Part shown: piece after piece, positions 38,688 through 49,048 of the stretch
How the letters are laid out: every line of letters begins with the position of its first letter
Numbering within the stretch: position 1 is the first letter of the stretch
Virus record (IMG/VR): IMGVR_UViG_2657245648_000004
Length of the DNA stretch: 64,000 nucleotides
Reading direction: 5' to 3' (one strand)
From: an uncultured virus (IMG/VR IMGVR_UViG_2657245648_000004)
Taxonomy: Duplodnaviria; Heunggongvirae; Uroviricota; Caudoviricetes
Notes under the pieces: model-generated
The model's database searches: none
Seen by the model: the letters and a program-made list of their open reading frames with translations, nothing else
What the model was told of the DNA's origin: nothing
Translations under genes and position numbers: made by a program

Positions 38688-41600
38688 TTACTTTTTCATT
38701 TCAATAACACTTAACGTTCTCGAAGTAATCATAAAGTTGCTTCTTGATTCCACATTTAATGGAATATTAACGCCCTCCTGTCGAGCAAATCCTGCTTTAA
38801 GTGTGTAGGTAACATTGCCAATAGTACTGTTATCATCAATAGCTGAAACGATAACCGCAGTCCCGTTGAAATTGACATTAATAGTACCAGTTTCAAGATT
38901 TGCACCTAATGAACCCCGTCCAATTAAATTTCCATTCCGATATATAGAAATATAAAAAGAAGCCATGGCCCTGTCATTTGCTGCAATTGGATTACCTCGT
39001 CCGTCACTTACACTAAAAGCGCCAAAAGTAGGTGTGCAAATATTTACTGAAGCATCAATTCTAACTTTTCCACCACTTCTATTTAACGTTACTTGTAAAA
39101 GTGTACCTATATGATTTTCCCACGCTGATAGGTGGTTGTTAAAATCATTATTAGGCTGTCCACTTGTAACTCCACCTGCAAAAGTAGTGATAGTCTTTAC
39201 ATCAATTGCTTTTACACCTATTGGAACAGTTACTGCTTCATCCTGGATTTTAAGGGTGCTAATTGCACCATCATCAATATTTGCATTTTTAACTTTAATT
39301 GAACCTAGATCAGCGCTAATAACACTTAAGTTTTCTGCCCAGATCCTATTCGCATTGATATATCCAAAACTACCATTGTCGACATACAATCCACGCGGAA
39401 TAACAGTACCGTTTGGCAAAGTAACTGGAGTATTTTGCAGTGTCATTAATGGTTTAGGTTCTACACCATCAACACCGACAGGCGTACCAAACTGAATTGC
39501 ATCATAGTTAAAGATGAATGTTGATGTTGTACCATCGTTCATTGAACCATGTCCTGAGACATGGCCATTCACATCAAACTTCATGAATTGCTCTGCATAG
39601 ACACCATCTACACTTTTTGACACTTCCTGAATCGATGCTGTATGTCCGTCAACAGTTGTTTGAATAGTATCAACTTTCTCTGCTGTCGCATTCTGAGCAT
39701 CAGCCACAGCATTCACTTTTTGTTGAACTGTTGCCAAATTGGTGTTTGCTGTGTTTGCTTTATCTAGGGCATCGTTTGCAGTTTTTTGAGCTGCATTAGC
39801 TGCCGCTGCCGCATCCGTTGCTGCCTTATCAGTTACTGTTACCCACGCTGAACCATTCCAACGCTTAGGTGTATTCGCGCCACCTGTTGTATCAATCCAG
39901 AGATTTTGTGCAAGGCGTTTATCGGCTGCGGGTACTGTTGATCCAAAAATTACCTCCCCTTTATTACCCGCTGCCGTCGCGGCTGCTTGTGCAGCCTGTT
40001 GTGCACTGTTGGCTGTAGCTTGTGCATTACCCGCTGCTGCATTTGCAGATGAAGCAGAAGCTTGAACAATATCAATTTGACTTGCTTGCGAAGACTGACT
40101 ATCTGTAAGCGTTTTGATCTGGCTCTGAACTGTTGCTTTGTTACTTTCAAACTGAGTTTGAACAGTATCAATACGTTGCCCAAGTGCGCTATCAGCATTT
40201 ACACGCGCAGTAGATTCAGAGGCAATAGTTGCCTTATTTTCATCTATCTGAGCCTGAGTAATATCAATCCGCTTACTTAAAACCAAGTCACCTTCAGCTG
40301 CTGCTGACTGTAATGACCATGATCCAGCCTCTGTTGATGAGCTGTCAGCAGTTAGTGAAGTACTATCTGCGGTTAGTGGGGTAACTTTTGCATAGACTCC
40401 GCTTAATCGCTCAGTATTTGCATTGATCAAATCACCCTGCTCATCAACGGTAGCTTTCACACTATCCACATAACCTGTTGAGGCCTTGTCACTAAGCTCA
40501 GCCTCTACAGACTCAACACGCTCAATTGCAGCACTAGATGCATCTGCTGCTGCATTGGCTTGTGATAGTGCTGTGGCTGCATTTGCCTTAGCTGTTGCAG
40601 CATCACTACTTGCAGTGCCAGCTGTTGCTTTTGCCTGATTTGCTACAGTAACAGCAGACCCAGCTTCCGAAACTGCTGCTTCAGATTTAGTTACAGCAGT
40701 AGCACTATTTTCAAGTGCCTGACCTGCTTGATCAGTTGCAGTATTGACTTTGACATCAATTGCATCAACTTTTAAAGCGGTTGCTTCATTGTCTGCAGTA
40801 TTAATATCAACTCGTTGACTCACTGCTGCTAAAGCTGCATCGTTACTCGCTTTATAAACATTTAAAGCTTGGACTGTAGCAGCATCACCACTCGCTCTTG
40901 CTGTAGCTTCCTGTTGAATTAATGCAGTGTTTTCACCAACTGAAGCTGAAACGGTATCGATGCGCTTACTTAAAGCTAAATCGCCATCAGCATAAGCAGA
41001 CTGAATTGTCCACGCCCCTGCTTGGTTGCTACCACTATCAGCTGTCCAGTTGTTTTGGTCAGCAGTTAATGGAGTAACTTTTGCATAAACACCATCAAGC
41101 TTCTGCGTTTGAGCTTTAACAACGCCATCAATATCCTCTACATCCGCTTTGACTTCTTCAAGCGCACCAGTTGAAGCCTTGTCCTCTAAAGCAGCATTGA
41201 TTTCATTAATAGATAATGCATTAGCACTAGAAGCATCAGCAGCAGCTTGCGCTTTACTGATAGCAGTTGCAGCATTGGTTTTTGCAGTTGCAGCATCACT
41301 ACTAGCGGTATTGGCTGTATTAATAGCACCATCTGCTTTTGAACTTGCCGATTGTGCTGTTGCTGTTGCTTCCCGTGCCATTGATGAAGCTGAACCTGCT
41401 TGAGACACCGCTGTATCAGCCTTGCTTATGGCAGTAGCACTATTTTCAAGTGCTTTGCCAGCATCATCCGTGGCAACCTTTACACTGGCTCTTAAACCAT
41501 CAATTGCCTGTGTATTTGCACTAGTGTCATCAACAACTGCTGTTACATCGTCTATAACCGAAGCCAGAGCCAAGTCATTGGAAGCAATGTAATTATTCAG

Positions 41601-44600
41601 TGCCTGAACCTGTGCTCCATCGGCATCAGCCAAAGCAATAAGTTTTTGCTGAACAGAAGCATTGTTATTGCCAAAATCTGAACTCAACGTATCAATTCTT
41701 TGGCTTAGTGCGCTGTCACCATTGACTCTTGCTAAGGCTTCTTGCTGAATAGCAGCTTGGTTATTTCCCACCTGAGCATTAACAACATCGATACGTTTAC
41801 TTAGGGCTAAATCACCTTCAGCAAATGCTGACTGAATTGTCCAAGCAGCAGCTTGGTTACTTCCATTATCTGCGGTCCAGTTGTTCTGATCAGCCGTTAA
41901 AGGTGTTACCTGTGCGTAAACACCGTCCAGTTTTGTTGCTGTAGCATGTAAGTCATCTGCAACAATATCAACCGATTCTTGAACAGCTGCAATTGATGTG
42001 TCGGTGCTTTCTTTATAGGTAGTGACAGCATTAAGAATCTGCTGGTCACCATCAGTTCTAGCCTGAATCTCTTGAGTTAAACCATCACTGACACCTTTAA
42101 CTGCAGCAATGCGGTCATTGGTTTCTTTCGCAACGGCATCAGAAACTTGCTTAACTTCACCCTGCCGTACCAAAGATTCTTGTGCAATTGCATCTGCACG
42201 GGCTTGTGCTTCAGCTGCATCTGCTGCAATTCGATCACTAATTTCTTGTGTAAGGCTATCGTTTAATCCAGAAACATCACTTACTCTTTGCTGGGTTTCA
42301 GCATCGATTGCTGCATTCGCAGAATCAATTTCACCCTCAAGAGCAGTAACTTTGTCAATTAAATTTCCGATATCTCCATCAAGACCTTCAATCGTATCAA
42401 TCTTATTGATCGTATCTCTTAAGTCCTGATCTAACTGCGTTGCAGAAATTAAGCCATCAAGCGCATCAAGAATATCATTCGCCTGTGCAGTTGAAGTGCC
42501 ACTAACCCAACTAGACCAATCCCCTTTATTACCGATCCGGTCAACCAACCGCCCCCGATACCAGAGTGTCACATTAGCAGCCAAACCCTGCTGCTGTAGT
42601 GAAGTCGTTGGATAAGCATAAGAACCCAGAGGCTGAATATTGGCACCATTGGAAGTCGTAGAATATTCAATTTCCGTATATGCAGTATCTAATGCGCCAG
42701 TTGCAGGAAATTCCCATTCCACTTTCATTCCGAACATTGTGCCAATCGCTCGGATAAAAGCTAATTTTGGTGGTAACCCCTGCTTACCAGTCAATGCAGT
42801 CAAAACTGAGTATGCCGGTAAAGAAGAAATTTCAAATGCTGAAATTGCTGTTACACGCGCCTGATATTGACCCGCATAAATACCTGGTACCTCTACCGAG
42901 TTATTGCCTGTCAGTGGTAATTTAATCCAGCTCCCGTCATCTTTACGCCACTCAACCAGATACTTAACTGCTCCACGGGCTTGTGCCCATGACACAATCA
43001 TTGTGGCAACATTAATACCTTGATCTACTCGGCTTTCACTTGTAATGGTGACGTTTGTAACCGCATCCTGAACAGTAGGATTAACAATTGAAATAGGTGC
43101 TTCTTCAAAATGTGCTCCAGTGTCGATTGCATCAAACTTTGAAGGATTGTATTGAAGAGCAGTAATGTTAAATTGATGTTTATCATCTTGAGTAATAGAG
43201 ATGACCCGAAACTTCATTGTTGCCAAGTCTTGAGCATCTAAAACCCAAATGTTTTGCACAGCAATCGAATTCATATCAAAAGCCGTGGTTACTGTAATAA
43301 CTCTACCTGCTATTGACTGAACAATACGTGTTTGGGCTTTGCCATTTTCACCATTAATTACGAGTCGGTCGCCAGCTTTTGCAACCACATTATCTCGGTC
43401 CAAAGTAATACTTTTACGATCTGCCGAAATAGCAGATACACGACCACCATTTGCACGACCTGCAAATAGAGGATCAGCAACTTCAATTACTTTCCCCGGC
43501 AAAGGAATGTGTCCATCTAGACCAACTTTGAAAGACACTGTGCGTGTTTCAAGTTGCTCTGACTTTAAAGCCCAGTGACCTGCTCTCTGCGCTTGTCCGC
43601 GCGAAGTGCATCCCCAAGCATCAATTTCCAAAATACGAACTTGGCCCGCTTCAGCAATTGCTTTCTCATCACGAACAAACTCATATTCGGTTTTGTAGTG
43701 ATTAGCTGGGTTATCCCACGCAATTTTTACAACATTATGGCGATCACGCGCACGGGTTCCTGAGTATTCAAAATTGCCATCAATGACATTGGCACGCGTA
43801 TAAGTGAAATACGTATCTTGGGGAATATCCGCATCACAAATAATGCTATTACCATCCCAAAATGTGATAGCACGGAATACACCAACTAATTTCGTTAAAA
43901 TTTCAAAGGCACCTTCGGCACTCTGAAGATAAACATTACAAGTAAAGCGTGGTTCTTGGCCGCCTAGACCGTCTGGTACCATTTCGTCACAGTATTGTGC
44001 TAAACGATATAAGGACCACTTATCAACCATTAGCGGGGTTAATCGGTCACCCAAAGCATAACGGTCTACGGTGCATATATCGTAATAGATCCATGCCGGG
44101 TTATTGGAATAAGCCTCTTTGAAAGTGCCGTCCCACATTCCAACATATTGCCGTGTTGCTGGATTGTAATTAGTAGGAACTTTTAGGAGCCTACCCTTTG
44201 TATCCATAGCAACTTTTGCTACGTTTCCAAAAGTCTCGGCATCATATTGAAGACCAAGTAAAGCAGTATTTGGATAACGTAATTTTGCATCAATTACCTC
44301 TGTTACCGCAGATACATACATCTTGTCGCTGATATATTCAGAAGATGAGTTAGGGGTAATACGTCGAACTCGCAATAACCAGCCACTATCAGCCTTTGGC
44401 AGGTCAATACGGTGAGCACGCTCATAATTTGCCGAAGTCTTATCTGAAATTTTAGCTCTTAATACTTCACTCCAACTATTGCCATCAGTCTGCAAATCAA
44501 TCGCATACTCAATTGTTAATCCGCTCACATCCCCATTTGTTGCGTCTTGAGTACGCAAAGGACCCCATTTGAAACGTACACGGACGGCATCCAGATCTAG

Positions 44601-44936
44601 ATTATTAAATGCTTTTACCCAAGGCGTGCCTGATTTCAACTCAACATCTATTGCTGTCTCATTTTCAACAGCAGGAAAACCCTCAATGTATTCCTGATCA
44701 TTAGTACCATTTCTAAAATCAACTTTTACATTTTCAAAGTTAAGGCTTCCATCTGCATTCTGAAGTGGAGTTTCTTCTAAATAAATTGACTGAAGCCCAT
44801 TAGCTAAACCTTCAATCTCGCCTTCAGCTAAACCATATAGAACCTTGATAAAGGTTTTCGATTGAGCAGAATCTGGTGAAATGACAGGTTGCCGTTGTTT
44901 TTTACTGCCTTTTTTTGCGCCTACTACTGCATTCAT
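38688..44936 (-). CDS. Central tail tip / host specificity protein (lambda J-like)
   Basis: YSNNPAW, EPRFTCN, GCTSRGQAQR, FnIII-like region, long coiled coil with repeats, distinct C-terminal domain. Confidence 0.92.
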   Translation of the reverse strand: MNAVVGAKKGSKKQRQPVISPDSAQSKTFIKVLYGLAEGEIEGLANGLQSIYLEETPLQNADGSLNFENVKVDFRNGTNDQEYIEGFPAVENETAIDVELKSGTPWVKAFNNLDLDAVRVRFKWGPLRTQDATNGDVSGLTIEYAIDLQTDGNSWSEVLRAKISDKTSANYERAHRIDLPKADSGWLLRVRRITPNSSSEYISDKMYVSAVTEVIDAKLRYPNTALLGLQYDAETFGNVAKVAMDTKGRLLKVPTNYNPATRQYVGMWDGTFKEAYSNNPAWIYYDICTVDRYALGDRLTPLMVDKWSLYRLAQYCDEMVPDGLGGQEPRFTCNVYLQSAEGAFEILTKLVGVFRAITFWDGNSIICDADIPQDTYFTYTRANVIDGNFEYSGTRARDRHNVVKIAWDNPANHYKTEYEFVRDEKAIAEAGQVRILEIDAWGCTSRGQAQRAGHWALKSEQLETRTVSFKVGLDGHIPLPGKVIEVADPLFAGRANGGRVSAISADRKSITLDRDNVVAKAGDRLVINGENGKAQTRIVQSIAGRVITVTTAFDMNSIAVQNIWVLDAQDLATMKFRVISITQDDKHQFNITALQYNPSKFDAIDTGAHFEEAPISIVNPTVQDAVTNVTITSESRVDQGINVATMIVSWAQARGAVKYLVEWRKDDGSWIKLPLTGNNSVEVPGIYAGQYQARVTAISAFEISSLPAYSVLTALTGKQGLPPKLAFIRAIGTMFGMKVEWEFPATGALDTAYTEIEYSTTSNGANIQPLGSYAYPTTSLQQQGLAANVTLWYRGRLVDRIGNKGDWSSWVSGTSTAQANDILDALDGLISATQLDQDLRDTINKIDTIEGLDGDIGNLIDKVTALEGEIDSANAAIDAETQQRVSDVSGLNDSLTQEISDRIAADAAEAQARADAIAQESLVRQGEVKQVSDAVAKETNDRIAAVKGVSDGLTQEIQARTDGDQQILNAVTTYKESTDTSIAAVQESVDIVADDLHATATKLDGVYAQVTPLTADQNNWTADNGSNQAAAWTIQSAFAEGDLALSKRIDVVNAQVGNNQAAIQQEALARVNGDSALSQRIDTLSSDFGNNNASVQQKLIALADADGAQVQALNNYIASNDLALASVIDDVTAVVDDTSANTQAIDGLRASVKVATDDAGKALENSATAISKADTAVSQAGSASSMAREATATAQSASSKADGAINTANTASSDAATAKTNAATAISKAQAAADASSANALSINEINAALEDKASTGALEEVKADVEDIDGVVKAQTQKLDGVYAKVTPLTADQNNWTADSGSNQAGAWTIQSAYADGDLALSKRIDTVSASVGENTALIQQEATARASGDAATVQALNVYKASNDAALAAVSQRVDINTADNEATALKVDAIDVKVNTATDQAGQALENSATAVTKSEAAVSEAGSAVTVANQAKATAGTASSDAATAKANAATALSQANAAADASSAAIERVESVEAELSDKASTGYVDSVKATVDEQGDLINANTERLSGVYAKVTPLTADSTSLTADSSSTEAGSWSLQSAAAEGDLVLSKRIDITQAQIDENKATIASESTARVNADSALGQRIDTVQTQFESNKATVQSQIKTLTDSQSSQASQIDIVQASASSANAAAGNAQATANSAQQAAQAAATAAGNKGEVIFGSTVPAADKRLAQNLWIDTTGGANTPKRWNGSAWVTVTDKAATDAAAAANAAQKTANDALDKANTANTNLATVQQKVNAVADAQNATAEKVDTIQTTVDGHTASIQEVSKSVDGVYAEQFMKFDVNGHVSGHGSMNDGTTSTFIFNYDAIQFGTPVGVDGVEPKPLMTLQNTPVTLPNGTVIPRGLYVDNGSFGYINANRIWAENLSVISADLGSIKVKNANIDDGAISTLKIQDEAVTVPIGVKAIDVKTITTFAGGVTSGQPNNDFNNHLSAWENHIGTLLQVTLNRSGGKVRIDASVNICTPTFGAFSVSDGRGNPIAANDRAMASFYISIYRNGNLIGRGSLGANLETGTINVNFNGTAVIVSAIDDNSTIGNVTYTLKAGFARQEGVNIPLNVESRSNFMITSRTLSVIEMKK

Positions 44937-44992
44937 AAGAAATCTCACGCAATAAAAAAGGCGCTAGAAAGCGCCTGTTAAATAATTAAAAA

Positions 44993-45658
44993 TTACATCT
45001 GATCTTCAGGATATTGACCTGCGCTCACAATGAAGCCGCCGATTTCCCGTTGACCATAAAGAATTGGAACAGGATTACCTTGTGCAACTGTGGTAACTGC
45101 ACCGCCAAAGCCTTTATTCGCTCTGTTTCCATCTTGGTTTTGGTCTTGAGTAGTATCAACCTTCGGCATAAGCATCATAGCCACACCACCAAGCATCATT
45201 CCAATACCTGAACCAATCAATGCAGCACCGAGTGGTGCTCCACCGCCTAATGTGCCTACCGTCATCAAAACGCCTACGACGACCATAACAGCACCCAATA
45301 CAGTCTGTAATATTCCATTACCGCCTGCACCAACTACACGTGGAACAATATGAATAACCTCAGCTTCAGTATTCATATCAAGCTGTTCTTCACCGATATT
45401 GTCACCAGTGATTAGGCGCTTAGTTTCATGATCGTAAATTGCTGGGCGTTTCTTGCCTCGCTTATTACTTGAGTTCTTACTTTTTAAAAATACGGCAAAG
45501 CGTAGGCCCTGCTCATGTGCATGCAACATAAAATGCTCAAAGCCAGCGATTTGAACTGATAAAGCACGCATGGCTTCACGCGTATTTGCGACATCGAGCT
45601 TAAATTCACGACCGAACTTTTGCCCCAAGATGCCGTACAGCTTAATTGTTTTTAACAT
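44993..45658 (-). CDS. Tail assembly protein I
   Basis: IHIVPRVVGAG; QGNPVPILYG. Confidence 0.9.
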   Translation of the reverse strand: MLKTIKLYGILGQKFGREFKLDVANTREAMRALSVQIAGFEHFMLHAHEQGLRFAVFLKSKNSSNKRGKKRPAIYDHETKRLITGDNIGEEQLDMNTEAEVIHIVPRVVGAGGNGILQTVLGAVMVVVGVLMTVGTLGGGAPLGAALIGSGIGMMLGGVAMMLMPKVDTTQDQNQDGNRANKGFGGAVTTVAQGNPVPILYGQREIGGFIVSAGQYPEDQM

Positions 45659-46397
45659 CTCTATGCCTCAAGATTTTTACCGTTCGATCTTTCCACTGTT
45701 GGCCATAAATTTCACGTACTGACTTTCGGTTATATGGATGATGTAAAATTAGAGTAGATCCGATACAAGTTTCAGTTTGTTCAGATTTTAAAACTCCATT
45801 ATCTCCTAGCCAGACTACCGCATGATTAGGATGCTCGGTACGTCCAACCCGACAAACCAACATATCGCCATACTGCGGTGTATCAACTTCATAGAAGCCC
45901 GCTTTTTCATAATTTTCAAGGTAAAGAGAAGGATGATCTTTGTCCTCCCACCAGCCATCTTTTCTTTCAAAGTCTGGCAACTTAATACCTAGCTCACGAT
46001 CATAAAAGTCACGGACTAGTGCATAACAGTCCTGATAATGATGAATATAATTACGCCCCACTAAGGGGGCGCGATAACCACAAGGTTCATAAACTTGAAA
46101 ATCCAGATCTGGATAGGAGCAAATGACCCACGGCTTTTGATGTAACTCAATTTGAATTAAGTCTAGTTCTGAGGCTCGTGTAGTACCATCTGGATGGGAA
46201 TGTACATAAGCTAATATCTCGCCCTGGTCTTCTGCTATAGCTAAATCTTCTGGATGGATTTCGAATTGATCAGAGTTTTTAGAAATATTGCGACAATGAA
46301 TATATTCTTTACCAACTATCACACCGCAGCACTCGTGTGGATAGCATTCATCCGCATGGGCCATGATTGCTTTTTTAAGTTTTGCTGTAAGCTTCAT
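45642..46397 (-). CDS. Tail assembly protein K (JAB plus NlpC/P60)
   Basis: YPHECCG, VHSHPD, DCY, NHA, LHH motifs. Confidence 0.9.
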   Translation of the reverse strand: MKLTAKLKKAIMAHADECYPHECCGVIVGKEYIHCRNISKNSDQFEIHPEDLAIAEDQGEILAYVHSHPDGTTRASELDLIQIELHQKPWVICSYPDLDFQVYEPCGYRAPLVGRNYIHHYQDCYALVRDFYDRELGIKLPDFERKDGWWEDKDHPSLYLENYEKAGFYEVDTPQYGDMLVCRVGRTEHPNHAVVWLGDNGVLKSEQTETCIGSTLILHHPYNRKSVREIYGQQWKDRTVKILRHRDVKNN

Positions 46398-46640
46398 TTA
46401 GAAAAACCCCTTGCAGTTTCCACATTTTGTACACTTCCGCTGCTTTTGAGTTGGATAAGTAAGATATACTTGACCTGTTGGTTCAAAAAGCCCACCACAA
46501 GGGCAGCTAAATTTAATTAAATGAGCTTTTTTCTCTTTAATCTTTCTTAATCTTAGAATGACAAAGTGAACCGCATAGCTTAAAAAATGAATGATTAGCG
46601 CCCCCACCATCCCATAAAATATTCCTGAAAAAATATTCAT
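46398..46640 (-). CDS. Small TM plus Zn-ribbon protein inserted between L and K
   Basis: N-terminal TM; CPCGG..KCTKCG. Confidence 0.6.
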   Translation of the reverse strand: MNIFSGIFYGMVGALIIHFLSYAVHFVILRLRKIKEKKAHLIKFSCPCGGLFEPTGQVYLTYPTQKQRKCTKCGNCKGFF

Positions 46641-46646
46641 AAGACC

Positions 46647-47456
46647 TCACAATAAACTTGAAGCTGGAAAACCGCCGAACGGCAATGGCTTATTTTCACC
46701 ATGGTGTAAACGACAATCTCTTAACCTTCCCCCACATTTGTCCTGAGATGGATCATCTGTTGGCTCACCTTTATCAGTGAACATTGCTACACCTGTGTAA
46801 CCACATTCCTCGCCCCGGTACTTCCCGACCATGCACCAATGACAAAGTGAAGTTATTTGGCGAACTGGGATTTTCAAACCCTCAAAATCGATTGGATTGG
46901 ACAGCTCGAAAGTCACTTGTTGTGCATTTTCAGATGTCTTTTGCTCGATATACCAGATTTGCTCTTTTGATTCATTCGATGCAGTTGGGTTACCTGAAGT
47001 GAAATTTTCAGCATCAATGTATTTAGCAAGTGTGGTAATGACTTTAAGTTTTGCGCCAGCAAAGTCTTTAAACTGCAAACAGTAAGCAGACACAGCATTT
47101 TGAATGCCGTTGATATTGTTGGCCATGCTTAAAGTTGGTGCTGAAGCTTTACCATCTGAACGCATTTCAAGCCCAGATACTTCCAAAGCCATTGGCTCAA
47201 AAACTTGACCTTGCCAGATAATATTTCGCATCCATACTTTCTGATCGCCGATATTAAAAACTTTATCAGCCTTGATTGTTGCTGTATCAGCCTTCCAACT
47301 TGTTAAGTCAGCTGAGACATAAATCTTTTCCCAATCTTCATAAGAAATATGCCCATGGAAACGCAAAATGCCAGCTCCTAAAGCGCTGGCATCTAATTCA
47401 TATAGGGTGATTAACCCATCTACATAAAGTTTCTGGAAATCACTATTCAGTGTCAT
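46647..47456 (-). CDS. Minor tail protein L
   Basis: C.W..YRGEECGY..DKCGG..DC Fe-S cysteines; FGGFP. Confidence 0.9.
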   Translation of the reverse strand: MTLNSDFQKLYVDGLITLYELDASALGAGILRFHGHISYEDWEKIYVSADLTSWKADTATIKADKVFNIGDQKVWMRNIIWQGQVFEPMALEVSGLEMRSDGKASAPTLSMANNINGIQNAVSAYCLQFKDFAGAKLKVITTLAKYIDAENFTSGNPTASNESKEQIWYIEQKTSENAQQVTFELSNPIDFEGLKIPVRQITSLCHWCMVGKYRGEECGYTGVAMFTDKGEPTDDPSQDKCGGRLRDCRLHHGENKPLPFGGFPASSLL

Positions 47457-48534
47457 CTGGTAGTGTCTCCTCTACAACAAGCTCTTCATGCAGACGAATA
47501 TCAATCCAGCGGCCTTCTGGAATGTCCATTGGGTTCTCGTGATCTGCCACAACAGCAGCAAGTTCAAAATCAAACTTACGCTTGTAAGTTTTAATTGAGA
47601 TGTCACCATTTTCTAGGGTGTCATACACTACTGCGACGATTGTGTTGCCGTTGGCATCTTTAGGGACTTCGATATACCAACCTTCCTGAGCAAAACCTAA
47701 TGAGCCTTTCACTAAGTAATCACCAGTACCCAACTTATCGAAAGTGATTGGTTGCCTTTCAGCTTCGTCATTGAGTTCAATATGATCATTAAACAACTTG
47801 ACAATAGGTGATGCTGCTTTAATAAAACCATTTCCATCAGTTGTAGTATTTTGTGCAGTTAATAAATTAAACCAATTAGACCAAGTACCACTATTATTAA
47901 ATCGATATTTCAGTACAGAATATGACGCTGCTTTCCCAAGCTGAAATGAATGGCTTCCATCTGTATATACACCCATTGAGCGTCGGGTACAGTGTAAAAA
48001 GAAACCATAAGGACCAATACTATTACCAGTATCATTTGTTAAAGTGTCATCTGTTCGAAAAAAACCATTATTAAGAGGAGCAACCATATCAGATACACGA
48101 GAACCTTCAGCCCCCATCCCCCAATCACCGACTCTTAGTGCTCGTCCCGGCGTAGGATCATATTGACTTGTTGTTGATGTGAGTATGGCAGCAGTTCCTA
48201 ATCCCAAATTCATTCTAGCTGTCTGTGCATTATTAGCTCCTAATCCTCCCTGAGAAATTGATAAAGGGGTTGTGAGTCCCTTAAGCTCACTAATATCACT
48301 ATTTACACCACTTGCCGCTGCACCTAGGTTAGCTCGTGCACCCGCTGCCGTAGTTGCGCCTGTACCACCCTTTGCAATTGGTAGAGCTGCGGGGAGTGTA
48401 GTTGCATTAGTGGTTCCAGTTAGGAAGTCATAAACTTCAGTAAAGTTTGCGTTTATATACTGAAAGGCTGTCCGGGCTGGTGTTCCTGATCCGTCATTTG
48501 CAGCTGAACCAACATTAATAACTTGCTTAGTCAT
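47443..48534 (-). CDS. Side tail fibre
   Basis: N-terminal INVG..NDGSG..R.AF..IN.NF.E.Y motif; GGTGATTAAGARANLG repeats; GFIKAASP C-domain. Confidence 0.8.
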   Translation of the reverse strand: MTKQVINVGSAANDGSGTPARTAFQYINANFTEVYDFLTGTTNATTLPAALPIAKGGTGATTAAGARANLGAAASGVNSDISELKGLTTPLSISQGGLGANNAQTARMNLGLGTAAILTSTTSQYDPTPGRALRVGDWGMGAEGSRVSDMVAPLNNGFFRTDDTLTNDTGNSIGPYGFFLHCTRRSMGVYTDGSHSFQLGKAASYSVLKYRFNNSGTWSNWFNLLTAQNTTTDGNGFIKAASPIVKLFNDHIELNDEAERQPITFDKLGTGDYLVKGSLGFAQEGWYIEVPKDANGNTIVAVVYDTLENGDISIKTYKRKFDFELAAVVADHENPMDIPEGRWIDIRLHEELVVEETLPDDTE

Positions 48535-48588
48535 TTTCTTACTCGCATAAAAAAAAGCCCCTAAAAAGGGGCTTTAAAGAGGTTTAAA

Positions 48589-48930
48589 TTAAGGGTAAAA
48601 GACTTGGGTGAAAGTCGTTGAGATTTGCCAAACATCACCGCCTAAACAACGGGGTTGATATTCACCTGTTTTTACTCGGACCTCACCGTCTAAAGGTGAA
48701 TCCCAAAGAAACGAGTCAGCTCCTTTATGGTCATCAAAGAATGCTTTGATTTGCATAATTTCGGCTTTATACGCTGTCCGCTGGTAAGTCCATTCACCAG
48801 ATTTATTGTTAATACCAACGGATGTTGTTTGCTCATAACCGTCACCAAATTTAGTTGATAGCGTATTAAAGCGTTGAGTCTGATTATTACTTTCCAGGTC
48901 ACATTCAAAAGTAAATTTAAGATCACTCAT
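48589..48930 (-). CDS. Minor tail protein M
   Basis: FGDGYEQ..GIN; FFDDHKG..F.W; F.QV. Confidence 0.88.
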   Translation of the reverse strand: MSDLKFTFECDLESNNQTQRFNTLSTKFGDGYEQTTSVGINNKSGEWTYQRTAYKAEIMQIKAFFDDHKGADSFLWDSPLDGEVRVKTGEYQPRCLGGDVWQISTTFTQVFYP

Positions 48931-48939
48931 AAATTTTTC

Positions 48940-49035
48940 TCACAAAAAAAGCCCGCATGAAGCGAGCTTTTAATAGCCATATCTAAAGTATGACCAGATT
49001 AATAAAACTATACCGTAAATAACACAAAAGTGGAA
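48940..49035 (-). promoter_or_regulatory. Internal pR'-like promoter plus terminator between TMP and M
   Basis: TTCCAC-17-TATAGT nearly identical to 20466-20494; hairpin gctcgcttcatgcgggc followed by T7. Confidence 0.65.
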
Positions 49036-49048
49036 ACTAGATCGAGCA

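Noticed and set aside
40270..41930. J repeats as a CRISPR array or DGR template/variable repeat
   Set aside because: In-frame protein repeats with no spacer periodicity, no adenine-specific variation evident, and no reverse transcriptase or cas gene in the window
47443..48534. Invertible tail-fibre cassette
   Set aside because: No invertase or inverted crossover repeats seen
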